DNA from: an uncultured bacterium
Lineage (GTDB): Bacteria > Vulcanimicrobiota > Xenobia > Xenobiales > Xenobiaceae
Length of the DNA: 64,000 nucleotides
Assembly (NCBI GenBank): GCA_958366945.1
Contig: CATXCY010000002.1
Span: forward strand, 66,917 to 130,916
Direction: 5' to 3'
Position 1 is the stretch's first letter. Each line of letters starts with the position of its first letter. Below the pieces are notes generated by a model. The model made no database searches. It was not told where the DNA came from and saw nothing but the letters and a program-made list of their open reading frames with translations. Shown piece after piece: positions 33,317 through 43,456 of this stretch. The position numbers and the translations under genes are program-made.

Positions 33317-34720
33317 TTATTTCTCTTTGTCAGTTTTGGAAGGATCGGCTACGCCGTAAGTAGAGGTATCGATAAGACAAAATACTTTAATTAAGCCGCG
33401 CTTGGCAGTAATCAGGAAGTGCTTATCATTTTTGACACTATTTAAGGCATCTTTTAGATCCTTGGCATTGTGAATGGGCTTGTCGTTTATTTTAGTAATG
33501 ACGTCGCCCACTGAGAGACTAGCGTTGGCCGCTGCAGAACCTTTTTCTACCTTGGAAACGAGCATACCGTCACGGTCTAAAAGGCGATATTCCAATTCGG
33601 AAGCTACAGTAATTTCGTTGGCAATAAAACCATAACTGGTTTCGATATCGTTGGTAGTTACGTTGGGCTGTACGCCTAAAATTGCCGCAGTTTCATGCTT
33701 TTTGCCATTGCGGATATATTCAATGGGCACCTTGGCATTGGGCAATAATTGAGCGACTTCTAATTTGACACGATTTAAAGCTTCATCACTGTCAGCATTG
33801 ACCGTTTTGCCATTGAGCTTGGTAATAACATCACCGCTGCGTAAGCCGGCTTTATAGGCAGGGCTGTCTTTAGTTGTGTCGCTAACTAAGAGACCGCGCA
33901 AGTCTGGTTGTTTAGTGAAGGCTGCATATTCTTCGGTAAAGGGTTGCATAAATATGCCCAACCAGCCGCGTTGAATATGGCCCTCTACCTCGAGGCGGCT
34001 ATCAACGTCTTTAACTATATTGGAAGGAATAGTAAAGCCTTGGCCGCGACCTACGCCGATCGAGTTGATGCCGATGACTTCTCCATTCATATTGACCAAA
34101 GGACCACCGGAGTTACCGGGATCGATTAAAGCGTCAATTTGGATAAAGTCGTTAATAAGAGGTACGCCGTTGTCGGCTCCAGGAATAAAACGTCCTTTTC
34201 CGCTGACGATACCGAAAGAAACGGTACGGTCAAAACCGTAAGGGTTACCTACAGCAATAATCCATTCTCCGACTTGTACTTTATCGGAGTCTGCTAACTG
34301 GGCGTAAGGTAAAGCGCGGTTAGGTTTAATTTTCAAGAAAGCCAAGTCGGTTTGCTGGTCGTCACGGATGATTTCGGCAGTATATTTACTTTTATCATCT
34401 AGGATAACCGTGATTAGCTGAGCCTTATCGATAACGTGATAATTGGTTACGATTTTACCATCGGGAGATAAAATCAAACCGCTTCCGGTAGCTTTACGCC
34501 TCTGATTGCCGACTTTGGAGAGCACTTCGATATGTACTACGGTGCTCTTGATGTGATCGGAAATTTTTATAATATGCTCTTGCATGCTATTAAAAAGAGC
34601 ATGGCCTTTGCTTATAGGCTGAGTAGGCTCCTCGGCCCAAGCGGCGCTGGGAACAGCCAAACAAGCGGCAGAAGCTAAGGTGATAACTAAAGTTTTAAAA
34701 GAAAAAGGGAAGTTCTTCAT
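33317..34720 (-). CDS. HtrA/DegP-family periplasmic serine protease with two PDZ domains
   Basis: Signal peptide, trypsin-fold motifs (DLAFLKI, GNSGGPLVN) and two PDZ-like regions (GDVITKLNGK, GDVITKINDK). Confidence 0.9.
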   Translation of the reverse strand: MKNFPFSFKTLVITLASAACLAVPSAAWAEEPTQPISKGHALFNSMQEHIIKISDHIKSTVVHIEVLSKVGNQRRKATGSGLILSPDGKIVTNYHVIDKAQLITVILDDKSKYTAEIIRDDQQTDLAFLKIKPNRALPYAQLADSDKVQVGEWIIAVGNPYGFDRTVSFGIVSGKGRFIPGADNGVPLINDFIQIDALIDPGNSGGPLVNMNGEVIGINSIGVGRGQGFTIPSNIVKDVDSRLEVEGHIQRGWLGIFMQPFTEEYAAFTKQPDLRGLLVSDTTKDSPAYKAGLRSGDVITKLNGKTVNADSDEALNRVKLEVAQLLPNAKVPIEYIRNGKKHETAAILGVQPNVTTNDIETSYGFIANEITVASELEYRLLDRDGMLVSKVEKGSAAANASLSVGDVITKINDKPIHNAKDLKDALNSVKNDKHFLITAKRGLIKVFCLIDTSTYGVADPSKTDKEK

Positions 34721-34788
34721 AGCCGCTCTTTTTTCGTAACTAGAAGCAGCAGCCCTGCCCCAAAAAAAAGGGAAAGGGCGCCTTCATT

Positions 34789-37700
34789 CTATAGAGGATG
34801 TTCCTTCTTCCAGCGCATTTCCAACCATTCGGTTATGCTTGGCTGTACGGTTTTGGCTATAGCCGCTTTGAGATCTAATCCTTGCTTGAGAAATTCGGCA
34901 ATTTTATATTTCCAAGAAGGCCAGTGGCGCTCTAAATCGCGTGACATCAATTCTTGTAAGGTAAGCATTTGCTTATCAAGATTTAATGAATAGAAGCAAG
35001 ACTCAGGACGATTTACAAAAGGCTCGCCTCCCCAAGCGTCTGGAGCCATAGCTTTAAGCCAAGCATTCATGCCCATACTATTCATTTGTTGTTGCCGCCA
35101 TTTCAGCAATTCTTGATAGAAATTGTTTTCAAAAATCAAAGCTTCAACCGGATCGGCGAATACTTTTAAGCAAGCTCTTATTGAGGTTAAGTCCATCCAC
35201 TTATTGCTAGTGAGGCGCAACTCTTTGTCGTAAGAATTGGGATCTTCACGCTCTTGCAATACGCCAAATTTAAAAGCGGAAGCTAGCAAAAGAACGACGT
35301 TAAAATGAGTACGTTTATCGACTTTAAACAAAGATTTTAGTTTGACATCTTTGCGAGCTTGCATAGCTCGGTTTCCTCTAACCAGTGACTCCAAGTAAGC
35401 ATCTTTGTATTCCGATATTTCCAAATCGGCTAAAGCAAAGCCACTTGTTAACTCTACAAAATCTAAGGTTTCGGAAGTTGGTTCGTCGATAATCGATCCA
35501 GGTACAGAAAAATGCGCTTTTTGGAGAGCTTGAGTTAGACACTCTGCCTGTTGGCGACTTTGCATATTAGATTCGAGAGCTTCGTTAAGCTCGTTGGCAC
35601 AAGTATCGAAACTAACCAGAACTTGTCTTTGTGCTGAATTGTTGGGCAAGTTGAACGGCGCCGCATAAACGAACTGTGAAGCAATAGCATTGCCAATAGC
35701 GTTTAACTTTTTGCCTAATTTCTCCTCAGGATAGCTCTTTAAAAACTCGTCTACAGTTTTGGGATCGTGCATAGGATAGAGCTTGGCCACTACATCTCTA
35801 AGAGCAGAAAGCCAATCTGGCAAAGAATAACGTGTTGGCAAGTCGAGCAAATTAAAGTCTGTAAGTTGATCTAGAGCCTTAACAAATAACATTAAATCTG
35901 GAGGAGAAGCGTGAGAAGCAATGTAACTGACCGCTTCTTGAGAGGAAATTAAAGGCTCGTCGGCATCTTCTAAAATTTGTTTGTACAAATGGCGATTGGA
36001 ACTTTTAAGATCCGAAATAGAATCGTCTAAAAAATGACGCAATTTATGCAAACGTTTAGTTGTATTTTCGCAAACGTTGATCATATTGAAGAAAGCATTC
36101 ACTTCTTCGCGTCCTACGTAGCTGACAAATACGTTCTCGTAATATTCGGTAATAACTTTGCCCGCTTCCTCCAAAGGCGTAAAATCAACTTTTCGCATCA
36201 TTCTCTGCCAGAGAGAAGGTTTGAAGGTGGCCAAACTTGCGATAGCTTTGTTCTTTTGCTCTTCAAGACGGATCATCTCCGATTTGGCATTGTTGGTACG
36301 TTCGTGCAAAGCGCTCAAGCTAAAAGAAAGCTGTTTATTCACTTCGTCGATCATACTTTGCATGGCGATACCGTTATGCTGTCTATTTACCGTATCGCTG
36401 ATTACATTATCTATACCAATGACAAAATCATCGCTTATATCTTTAGTCGTTTGGGCCAGAGCTGCAAAAAAGCCTGGCTGGGTTTCGCATTTGTCGGCTA
36501 ATTTTTGTAACTCGGAATCGAAAGTTTGGCAATAAGTTACTAGTTCTGCTCCATAAAGCGGCTTTTGGTATACTTCGTCCAACTTTTGTTTGATAAAGGA
36601 AGCGGCGTCGTAAAGGCCGTTTTCCAACTGTCGCCAACATTTAGTATAGCGTCGGTGGACTTCCAAGGAGTCTAGGTTGCGGGTTTTTATAAAATCTTTG
36701 CCCATTTCCAGGCCGCGTACGTTGTCTTGCTCTAAGTCTTTTTCGAAGAAAAGATTATAAAGCTCGGCCACAACCGCTTGACTGGACAAGTTTCGAGCTA
36801 CGCTCAAGATCTTTTGTGTCGGGCGGGCTACTTGGTAAGAATGCAAGTCTGCATAGTTGCAATTGTCGGTTTCGTTACTGGCATCGGTTGAGTTTATTGC
36901 CAAAAATGAGGGCTCGTTTTGAGGCTGAATGGCCACCAAGCTTTGAGCTAAACGGCTATATAAAGGGGTCGATTCGAAATACCAGTAAGTCAAGCGCACC
37001 AAGGTATGACTGAGCGTTTGGCTTTCCAACTCATCGTTAAATTTCTCTAAGCTATTGAAAAGCACAATATCGTAAACCGGAGTGAAAGATTCTTTAAGAT
37101 CCACTCTGCCATTTGTCTTTTGGGTGGTTTCGCTTTCGTTTTGGGCTTCTTCGCTTTCTTTGTGCTCTTTACCCAAGCCTGGATTTACGTTTCTGACGTT
37201 TTCGGCTAAATAAATATCCAACTTAGCCAAAATTTCGGCAGTGCTCTCGTCACGTTTATTGGCTTTGCTTTCATCTTCGGGAATTTCCCAAAGGTCGACT
37301 TCGTCGAGATCGCAGGCAAATTTATGTAAAGTTGATTCATCCATCCAATGGTTGAGCTCGATTAAACCGGCGTAGATATTGGCGGCTGTAGTTTCTGATT
37401 CTGGCAATTGCTTAGAGTAGGGGAAGAGGGCGATAATTTTGTGCTTAATTGACAAACTTTCCAATTGAGCTCTAAGCAAATAAGCTAAGTCTATGTGAGC
37501 TGAACTGGTGCCGCCTCCGAGAGAAGAGCAAACAACTACTTGTATTTCGCTTTCATCTTGACTCTGAGCTGTCAGTTCTTTTACTTGCTCTTTGAAAGCT
37601 TCGGCAATTTGTACAATATTGATGATTAAAGCTAAGCGTCCTAAAGCTTTAGAACCGAACAAGCCGCTGCCTGGCTCCAAAGTCATGGGAAAATTGGGTA

Positions 37701-37950
37701 ACCAGCTATCCAAAACCTTAGATTGTGAGCGCAATTGGATTGCTCTGGTGCCTTTAAGTGTGTCTAAATAAATGCTTTTTATTAGCGGAGATGGAGAAAA
37801 AGACTCAACAGAAGCACGGGCTGTGTCGAGTAAAAGGCCTCTGACTGACGTAGAATAGGCTTCAGCTACGGTGGTTACGGCTTTATGTACTGCCTGACAG
37901 CCGATATTGCCTAAACCTACAAACAAAAACTTAGTCTGATCTTTAGTCAC
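34789..37950 (-). CDS. Giant tubulin/FtsZ-superfamily (Tubulin_2-like) protein with a long helical C-terminal region
   Basis: N-terminal FLFVGLGNIGCQAV (T1-like), VVVCSSLGGGTSSAHIDLAYLLR (T4-like GGGTGSG variant) and ANIYAGLIELNHW. About 650 further residues have no recognised domain. Confidence 0.55.
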   Translation of the reverse strand: MTKDQTKFLFVGLGNIGCQAVHKAVTTVAEAYSTSVRGLLLDTARASVESFSPSPLIKSIYLDTLKGTRAIQLRSQSKVLDSWLPNFPMTLEPGSGLFGSKALGRLALIINIVQIAEAFKEQVKELTAQSQDESEIQVVVCSSLGGGTSSAHIDLAYLLRAQLESLSIKHKIIALFPYSKQLPESETTAANIYAGLIELNHWMDESTLHKFACDLDEVDLWEIPEDESKANKRDESTAEILAKLDIYLAENVRNVNPGLGKEHKESEEAQNESETTQKTNGRVDLKESFTPVYDIVLFNSLEKFNDELESQTLSHTLVRLTYWYFESTPLYSRLAQSLVAIQPQNEPSFLAINSTDASNETDNCNYADLHSYQVARPTQKILSVARNLSSQAVVAELYNLFFEKDLEQDNVRGLEMGKDFIKTRNLDSLEVHRRYTKCWRQLENGLYDAASFIKQKLDEVYQKPLYGAELVTYCQTFDSELQKLADKCETQPGFFAALAQTTKDISDDFVIGIDNVISDTVNRQHNGIAMQSMIDEVNKQLSFSLSALHERTNNAKSEMIRLEEQKNKAIASLATFKPSLWQRMMRKVDFTPLEEAGKVITEYYENVFVSYVGREEVNAFFNMINVCENTTKRLHKLRHFLDDSISDLKSSNRHLYKQILEDADEPLISSQEAVSYIASHASPPDLMLFVKALDQLTDFNLLDLPTRYSLPDWLSALRDVVAKLYPMHDPKTVDEFLKSYPEEKLGKKLNAIGNAIASQFVYAAPFNLPNNSAQRQVLVSFDTCANELNEALESNMQSRQQAECLTQALQKAHFSVPGSIIDEPTSETLDFVELTSGFALADLEISEYKDAYLESLVRGNRAMQARKDVKLKSLFKVDKRTHFNVVLLLASAFKFGVLQEREDPNSYDKELRLTSNKWMDLTSIRACLKVFADPVEALIFENNFYQELLKWRQQQMNSMGMNAWLKAMAPDAWGGEPFVNRPESCFYSLNLDKQMLTLQELMSRDLERHWPSWKYKIAEFLKQGLDLKAAIAKTVQPSITEWLEMRWKKEHPL

Positions 37951-38039
37951 GTCTTTTTTCCCTCTCAGTAAGCTCTTTCCGCTATTTATTTTTTATATTA
38001 GTCGCCTGATTAAGCGTTTCTGTTGTTTCTAGTATGGTT

Positions 38040-38825
38040 TTATTGAAGCAACTTGGCCAGCCGCTCTCCAAAAAGGCGACAAGCGTTGGCTGCGGTTTGC
38101 TGGGCCGTTTCTTCGACGCTTTGACCGCGCAATTGGGCAATATGGGGCAATGTATATTCTTTTAGCCAAGCTGGCTCACAAATGCGTCCACGCTTGGGAA
38201 CGGGAGCCAAATAGGGCCCGTCTGTTTCGATAAGTAGCCTGTCTGACGGACATTTTGCGGCAATTTCGGCCACATCTTTTAATTTGGGAAAAGTGACCAT
38301 GCCAGTAATACCTATATAAAATCCCAGAGCTAAATATTTTTGAGCAGTTTCCCAATTTGAGCTGCAGCAGTGGATCACTCCGCCCTTATGGGGGACTCCG
38401 AATTTTTGCAAAAATTGCAACATATCTGTATCGGCTTCGCGAATATGTAAAATTACAGGCAAATCGGCTTTCTGGGCCAACTTAAAATTTTTTTCCAAAC
38501 ACTTTAATTGTTGCTCTGGTGAGGAAAAATTATAATGATAGTCTAAACCAATTTCACCTATGGCCACGGCGTAAGGAAAGAGCTTTTCTACGCCTTTTAA
38601 GGCCTCGTCACTTAAGCTATCTGCTTCATGAGGATGAATACCTACGGCTGGTAAAATCGAACTTTCTTCTTGGCTTAGGGCCACAGCGCTTTGTGAAGTA
38701 GGCAAGTCGGTGCCGGGCACTATGAAAGCGCTCACCCCTAATTGCTTGGCTTCAGCGATAAGCTGCGAGCGATTAGTTTGATATTCTTCGCTATTGAGAT
38801 GAATGTGAGTATCAGCAATATTCAT
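38040..38825 (-). CDS. TatD-family hydrolase (YcfH-like)
   Basis: Carries the ADTHIHL, IGEIGLDYH, ILHIREA, VIHCCS and ETDGPYLAP motifs. Confidence 0.9.
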   Translation of the reverse strand: MNIADTHIHLNSEEYQTNRSQLIAEAKQLGVSAFIVPGTDLPTSQSAVALSQEESSILPAVGIHPHEADSLSDEALKGVEKLFPYAVAIGEIGLDYHYNFSSPEQQLKCLEKNFKLAQKADLPVILHIREADTDMLQFLQKFGVPHKGGVIHCCSSNWETAQKYLALGFYIGITGMVTFPKLKDVAEIAAKCPSDRLLIETDGPYLAPVPKRGRICEPAWLKEYTLPHIAQLRGQSVEETAQQTAANACRLFGERLAKLLQ

Positions 38826-39105
38826 TTTCTAAAAAAGAAGGCGGCACGCCTAAAAAGAAATGGCGACCGTAAAAAAAGCTTAAAATAGAATGCCGGTTCA
38901 CTAAAGAACTGGCAAAATAACCGAAGAAAATTTCTATGTATCAGCTTCTCTCACCTTGCTAAGCGTTAAGGTGCTTCCTCAACTTTGGCAGGCTAAGCGA
39001 AGAATGAAGAGAAACAAGGCGCCCTGCCTATGAAAACGGGGCGGATTTTGTCCTACTATGTGTAGGGAAGAATGGACGCCAAAGTGGGAGAATTTGGCAT
39101 GATCG

Positions 39106-41388
39106 TTGGCTATGCACAATAAATTACGGAGTTTTACTTTTATAATTGCTTGTTTGATGTGCTTGTGCTTAAGTGGACAAGCTTGGGCCGACCCTTCAGA
39201 AGAAGAGGACGGAGTGGCCCCTGTTCTTATTAAAATTCCTGATGATCCTTTAAACAGCGGCGGAGCTTCAGTTGACAGCAGTTCTTCAACTAAGGTGAAA
39301 CCTTCTCAAGCTGCTCCTGCACCCAAAGTGAAGTCGTCTTCCAAGACCTCTTCGGTTAAGGCTTCTACTAAGAGCCACAATCGCTCTAGAAGCACAAAGA
39401 AAATTAACAGCTCTAAAGGATTCCCTTGGGGACGTCACTACACCAGGAAAACTACTAGTAGTAAAAAGACGCACACCCAGCCTTCGGTCCCTGCGCCTGC
39501 TGCAGCTCCTTCTTATAATAAAAATAAAGCTTCTTCAGGTTCAACTTCGACAAATGTAAAGGCCTCTGACTCCAAAGCTGTCGATTCTAAAAAAAATACT
39601 GGCAATACGACGACAGTAAACACGACTAGACGCGGACGGGCCAGCAACCCTAAGCAAGCTTCTGCCGATTTGCCTGCACAAATTGTTGTCGGTTCGCCTA
39701 AAAATATCAACGTAACGGCTAAAGGTAGAAATTATACCCTGACTGTACGTACTACTGGTATTGAAGATGAGTATTTTGTGCCCATTGAAGCGCCGGGTAT
39801 AAAATCGATCGCTTCCGCTTTTGGAGCTTCATCTTGGAATTGGAATCAAAGAGCCAAAACGCTTAGTGTTACTCGCAATGGCAAGACCAATACTCTAAAA
39901 ATTGACCAAATGCAAATGGCTGATTCTTTGGGCGGTCGTACGCTAGATGTAGGCATTAGAGAAATATCCGGCACTTATTTTTGCCCTATTTCTATTTTGG
40001 AAGACTTCTTGGATGTACGTGTTACTATAGATAATGCCAAAGGCAAAGGTTGGGTCGATCCGTTGATTACTTCTGTACGTTTGGATGGAAGTGGATCTGA
40101 TTTAACGTTAAATGTAGTTGCCAGTGCTCCGGTAACTTTTTCGACTTTTAAACTTTCCAAGCCGGATCGTTATGTTATAGACGTAGCTGGTGGCGTTTTA
40201 GATACTACCAGTTTGAGAGTAAATCATCCGGAAATAGGTGACATTCGCCTCGGACAATTCTCTTTGGGACCGGCGGTATCGCGTATAGTTGTGCCGACTA
40301 CTCCAAAGCTTAGAATCTCTCCTCCGGCTGCTCGCACTGGCACAAACTTCAAGTTTGCGCTCAGCTTACCTCAGTCAGCCGTTTCACAATATAAAGATGA
40401 AAAAGTAGTCAGTTGTGACATCGGCCGCTTCAGCGCCGCCAGCTCTGCCAGCAGCAATGTTACCGTCGCTTTCAGTGGCCCAGTGGCTTACGAATGGCGC
40501 CGCTTAACTGAAGGTAAAAATCGCTTTGTTATCGATTTCAAGCACGTTATTTTCCCTGATAATAAGGTCGCTAAAAAAATTGATGGCAAACTTGTGGAGC
40601 AAGTTCGCATTTCTCAATATGCCGCTAAGCCAGTACCTATTACTCGTGTAGTTCTCGACTTAAACGATGCTGTTAGCGTCAAAGTTAGTTCTGGTACTGC
40701 CCCCAATAGTATTTGCTTGGCTATTTCTGAAGACAAGATCGATACTAATATGGCCGTCTTGAGCGGATCTGGCGCTTTGAGCGGCACTTCCTCATATACA
40801 GCCATTGGTGGAGGAGGCAAAACTATTTGTATCGACGCTGGCCATGGTGGTTCTGACTCCGGGTGTGTAAGCAACGCTTACGGCTATATGGAAAAAGATG
40901 TTACTTTGGATATTTGCTTGAAAATGGCTGACAATTTGCGCCGTCGTGGCTGGAATGTCGTTATGACCAGAGAAACAGACCGTGATGTTACTTGGGCCGG
41001 CTCTTCCAATACTCAAGAACTTGGCGCTCGTGTCGATGTCGGAGCCAATGCCAACGCTGATATTTTTGTTAGCGTCCATTGTAATGCTGCCGCTTCAAGT
41101 GCAGCCGAAGGTACTTCTTTGCATGTCTATAAGCGCTCTGATCGCGCTTTGGCTGAGTGTATTTATCCCCACTTGTTGCGAGCCAGCGGTCGCTACGATC
41201 GTGGTATTCAGCAAGATCGTTTCTTCGTATTAGTTCACTCGCAAATGCCGGCCGTGTTGGTCGAAACGGCTTTCCTTAGCAATACAACCGAGGCCAAGTT
41301 GCTCGGCGATCCCAACTATCGTCAGTCGATAGCTGATGGATTAGCTGATGGTGTTTGCATTTACGCTTCAAAATACCTTAACAAGTAG
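39106..41388 (+). CDS. N-acetylmuramoyl-L-alanine amidase (Amidase_3) with AMIN-like and Cu-amine-oxidase-N-like domains
   Basis: Signal peptide CLSGQAWA/DP and a Ser/Lys/Thr-rich linker. A stalk-like domain (YFVPIEAPG...TYFCPISILEDFL) and two AMIN-like motifs (DRYVIDVAG, NRFVIDFKH). The catalytic domain has ICIDAGHGGSDSG, FVSVHCNA and ETAFLSN. TTG at 39106 or ATG at 39112. Confidence 0.85.
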   Translation: MAMHNKLRSFTFIIACLMCLCLSGQAWADPSEEEDGVAPVLIKIPDDPLNSGGASVDSSSSTKVKPSQAAPAPKVKSSSKTSSVKASTKSHNRSRSTKKINSSKGFPWGRHYTRKTTSSKKTHTQPSVPAPAAAPSYNKNKASSGSTSTNVKASDSKAVDSKKNTGNTTTVNTTRRGRASNPKQASADLPAQIVVGSPKNINVTAKGRNYTLTVRTTGIEDEYFVPIEAPGIKSIASAFGASSWNWNQRAKTLSVTRNGKTNTLKIDQMQMADSLGGRTLDVGIREISGTYFCPISILEDFLDVRVTIDNAKGKGWVDPLITSVRLDGSGSDLTLNVVASAPVTFSTFKLSKPDRYVIDVAGGVLDTTSLRVNHPEIGDIRLGQFSLGPAVSRIVVPTTPKLRISPPAARTGTNFKFALSLPQSAVSQYKDEKVVSCDIGRFSAASSASSNVTVAFSGPVAYEWRRLTEGKNRFVIDFKHVIFPDNKVAKKIDGKLVEQVRISQYAAKPVPITRVVLDLNDAVSVKVSSGTAPNSICLAISEDKIDTNMAVLSGSGALSGTSSYTAIGGGGKTICIDAGHGGSDSGCVSNAYGYMEKDVTLDICLKMADNLRRRGWNVVMTRETDRDVTWAGSSNTQELGARVDVGANANADIFVSVHCNAAASSAAEGTSLHVYKRSDRALAECIYPHLLRASGRYDRGIQQDRFFVLVHSQMPAVLVETAFLSNTTEAKLLGDPNYRQSIADGLADGVCIYASKYLNK

Positions 41389-41469
41389 TCTACTTGGCCT
41401 ACCTTATTTTGTAATATCGACTGCCGCGAGTGGCGGTTGGAGTTTGGGGTAGGCGTCGACCATACAACT

Positions 41470-41512
41470 GGGGCAGAGCTTCACAATTTCGAAGCTACTG
41501 CCCCTTTTTGTT
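41470..41512 (+). terminator. Rho-independent terminator of the amidase gene
   Basis: ggggcagagcttc (41470-41482) pairs with gaagctactgcccc (41491-41504), followed by ttttt. Confidence 0.75.
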
Positions 41513-41548
41513 TGCTTGATAGGGCAGGAGCTTATCTGTAGTTGCTGA

Positions 41549-43390
41549 ATGGCGTCCTTTATGAACAGTTCGGAACGCATTCAAGCCGCTTTGGCGGGGG
41601 CAGAGGTCGATAGACCTCCTTTTTCTTTTTGGTACAATTTTGGTTTGCAGCATATGTCCGGTGACGCAGTCGCCGATGTGCATATCGCTTTTGCCAGACG
41701 CTTTGAACTCGATTATCTTCGAGTAATGAATGGATATCCTTATCCTTTGACCAACTTGCGCAGCTTTGACAAAGCTAGCGATTTCTTACAGATTCCTTAC
41801 ATTGTAGCCGAAGAGGGATACTGGGGAGATCAGCTGAGAGCTTTGGATAAAATTGTGCGCTCTTTGAAGAGCGACGACGTTTGGGTTGTCGATTCTGTGG
41901 ACAGCCCCTGGACAGTTTTGTGCAAATTGTCCAGCCCTGATATGGTACTGACTACGGCTAGACGCCGTCCGGAAATAGTTAAGGCCGCTTTAGAGATTAT
42001 TTCCGCCTCTCAGGTAAAATATGTCCAAAAAGCCATGGAACTTGGCATTAAAGGTATTTTCTTTACCTTAACCGAGGCTGCTTACGATGTGCTCGATCCT
42101 CTGAGCCACGAAGAGCTTTGCCAACCTTTCAACAATAGAGTTTTGGAAGCTGCCGCGTCTGCTCCGTTTAATATTTTACGTATTGACAGCAAGCGTCTTT
42201 ACTTCGATACGCTTGAATCTTACAAAACTCAAGTAGTCAGCTGGCCTCATTTCGCTGCCAAGCAATCTTTGCGTAATGGCATAGCCGAATGGAAACGCTC
42301 TGTTTTGGGAGGCATCAACCATGAGACTATAGCCTACGAGAGTCCCAATAAGATTAATGCCTACTTTGAGAAGTATGCTGAAGAATTCTTCCAGCCAAAC
42401 GTGCTGGTCGGCCCTAGCGGTGTCTTGCCTACCGATATTTCTACCTATGTTTTAGACGGTATCGGTGATGCTATTAGAAGATTGCCTAGCATGGGACGTA
42501 TGTTGCGTAAAGCCGCTTCTAGAGAGCGTGCTGTCGCTCGTCCTGCCAGTATGGAAAGCCACTATGCAGACTATGCTAAGGAAGAATTGCGTAACTATAC
42601 TCGCCGTGAAAAGCCGGTTGTTCCTGAGTTCGAAAGTGAAGCTGCCGCCAACGATATTGAAACTGCCGCTGTTGCAGAGGCTCAGCCTCAGATTGTCGCT
42701 GCTCCCACAGCTGCTGTCTCTTTGGAAGAGCAAGATTTCTCCGCTACTGAAGCTGCTCCTAAGGCCGAGCATGTACGCATTGTTGAGCATCCTGCTGAAG
42801 AAAAGGCTGAGCCTGTTGCCGAAGCTGCTTCCGAAACTAGACGCGCTCCTCGTTGGGCTGCTCGTTTAGTCCGCCGTGATTACGAACGCGATGACCGCGA
42901 CCAAGAGGAACGTGCTCCTCGCGAATTTGCTAAGGACGATCCTCGCCGTTTCGATATGGCCTATCGTCAAAATGATAGAGGCTACGGACGTCGCGAAGGT
43001 GATGAACGTATATCTGAGCGTTATCCTCGTCGCGGTGACCACAAATTTGAGCGCGGTGGACGTGGTGACAAGCGCAACGATCGCTATGCTGGTCGTGAAG
43101 GCCGTCGCGATGATCGTTTCGGCGGTCGCAGTGACAAGCGCAGTGAGCGTTTCTCTTCTGGTCGTTCCGGTTACGGTGAGCGCCGCTCTGGTGAGAAAAG
43201 CTTTAGCCGTGGCGATAAGCGCAGCGACCGCTTCTCTTCCTCTCGCGACGGCCGTCGTGTCGAGCGTTTCGGCAGCCGCAATGGTAGAAGTGAGCGCGGC
43301 AGTAGTGAACGTTCCGTCGGCCGTTCTTATGACAGAAAAAATGATGGCGGTATCAAGCGCATTCGCGTGCCCCGTGATCGCCGCTCCTAA
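41549..43390 (+). CDS. URO-D (uroporphyrinogen decarboxylase/MtaA)-like domain fused to a long Arg/Asp/Glu/Ser/Gly-rich tail
   Basis: The N-terminal SERIQAALAGAEVDRPPFSFW and ~330 aa resemble the URO-D-like TIM barrel. An Ala/Glu linker follows. The last ~170 aa contain degenerate repeats (GDKRNDRYAGR, SDKRSERFSSGR, GDKRSDRFSSSR, RRVERFGSR). Confidence 0.6.
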   Translation: MASFMNSSERIQAALAGAEVDRPPFSFWYNFGLQHMSGDAVADVHIAFARRFELDYLRVMNGYPYPLTNLRSFDKASDFLQIPYIVAEEGYWGDQLRALDKIVRSLKSDDVWVVDSVDSPWTVLCKLSSPDMVLTTARRRPEIVKAALEIISASQVKYVQKAMELGIKGIFFTLTEAAYDVLDPLSHEELCQPFNNRVLEAAASAPFNILRIDSKRLYFDTLESYKTQVVSWPHFAAKQSLRNGIAEWKRSVLGGINHETIAYESPNKINAYFEKYAEEFFQPNVLVGPSGVLPTDISTYVLDGIGDAIRRLPSMGRMLRKAASRERAVARPASMESHYADYAKEELRNYTRREKPVVPEFESEAAANDIETAAVAEAQPQIVAAPTAAVSLEEQDFSATEAAPKAEHVRIVEHPAEEKAEPVAEAASETRRAPRWAARLVRRDYERDDRDQEERAPREFAKDDPRRFDMAYRQNDRGYGRREGDERISERYPRRGDHKFERGGRGDKRNDRYAGREGRRDDRFGGRSDKRSERFSSGRSGYGERRSGEKSFSRGDKRSDRFSSSRDGRRVERFGSRNGRSERGSSERSVGRSYDRKNDGGIKRIRVPRDRRS

Positions 43391-43411
43391 ATTTTTTCAA
43401 AATAAATGATA

Positions 43412-43456
43412 GAAGGTCGGCTCAGCTTTCAAGCTTGGCCGACTTTCTATTTTTTT
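43412..43456 (+). terminator. Rho-independent terminator
   Basis: gaaggtcggc (43412-43421) pairs with gccgactttc (43438-43447), followed by tattttttt. It overlaps the 3' end of the convergent ECF S-component gene. Confidence 0.65.

Noticed and set aside
42465-43409. 134-aa and 177-aa alternative-frame ORFs (Leu/Ser-rich and Val/Ala-rich) over the linker and tail of the URO-D-like gene
   Set aside because: These are same-strand shadow frames created by repetitive GC-rich codons (CGT/GAC/AGC). The main frame is continuous with the upstream enzyme domain.
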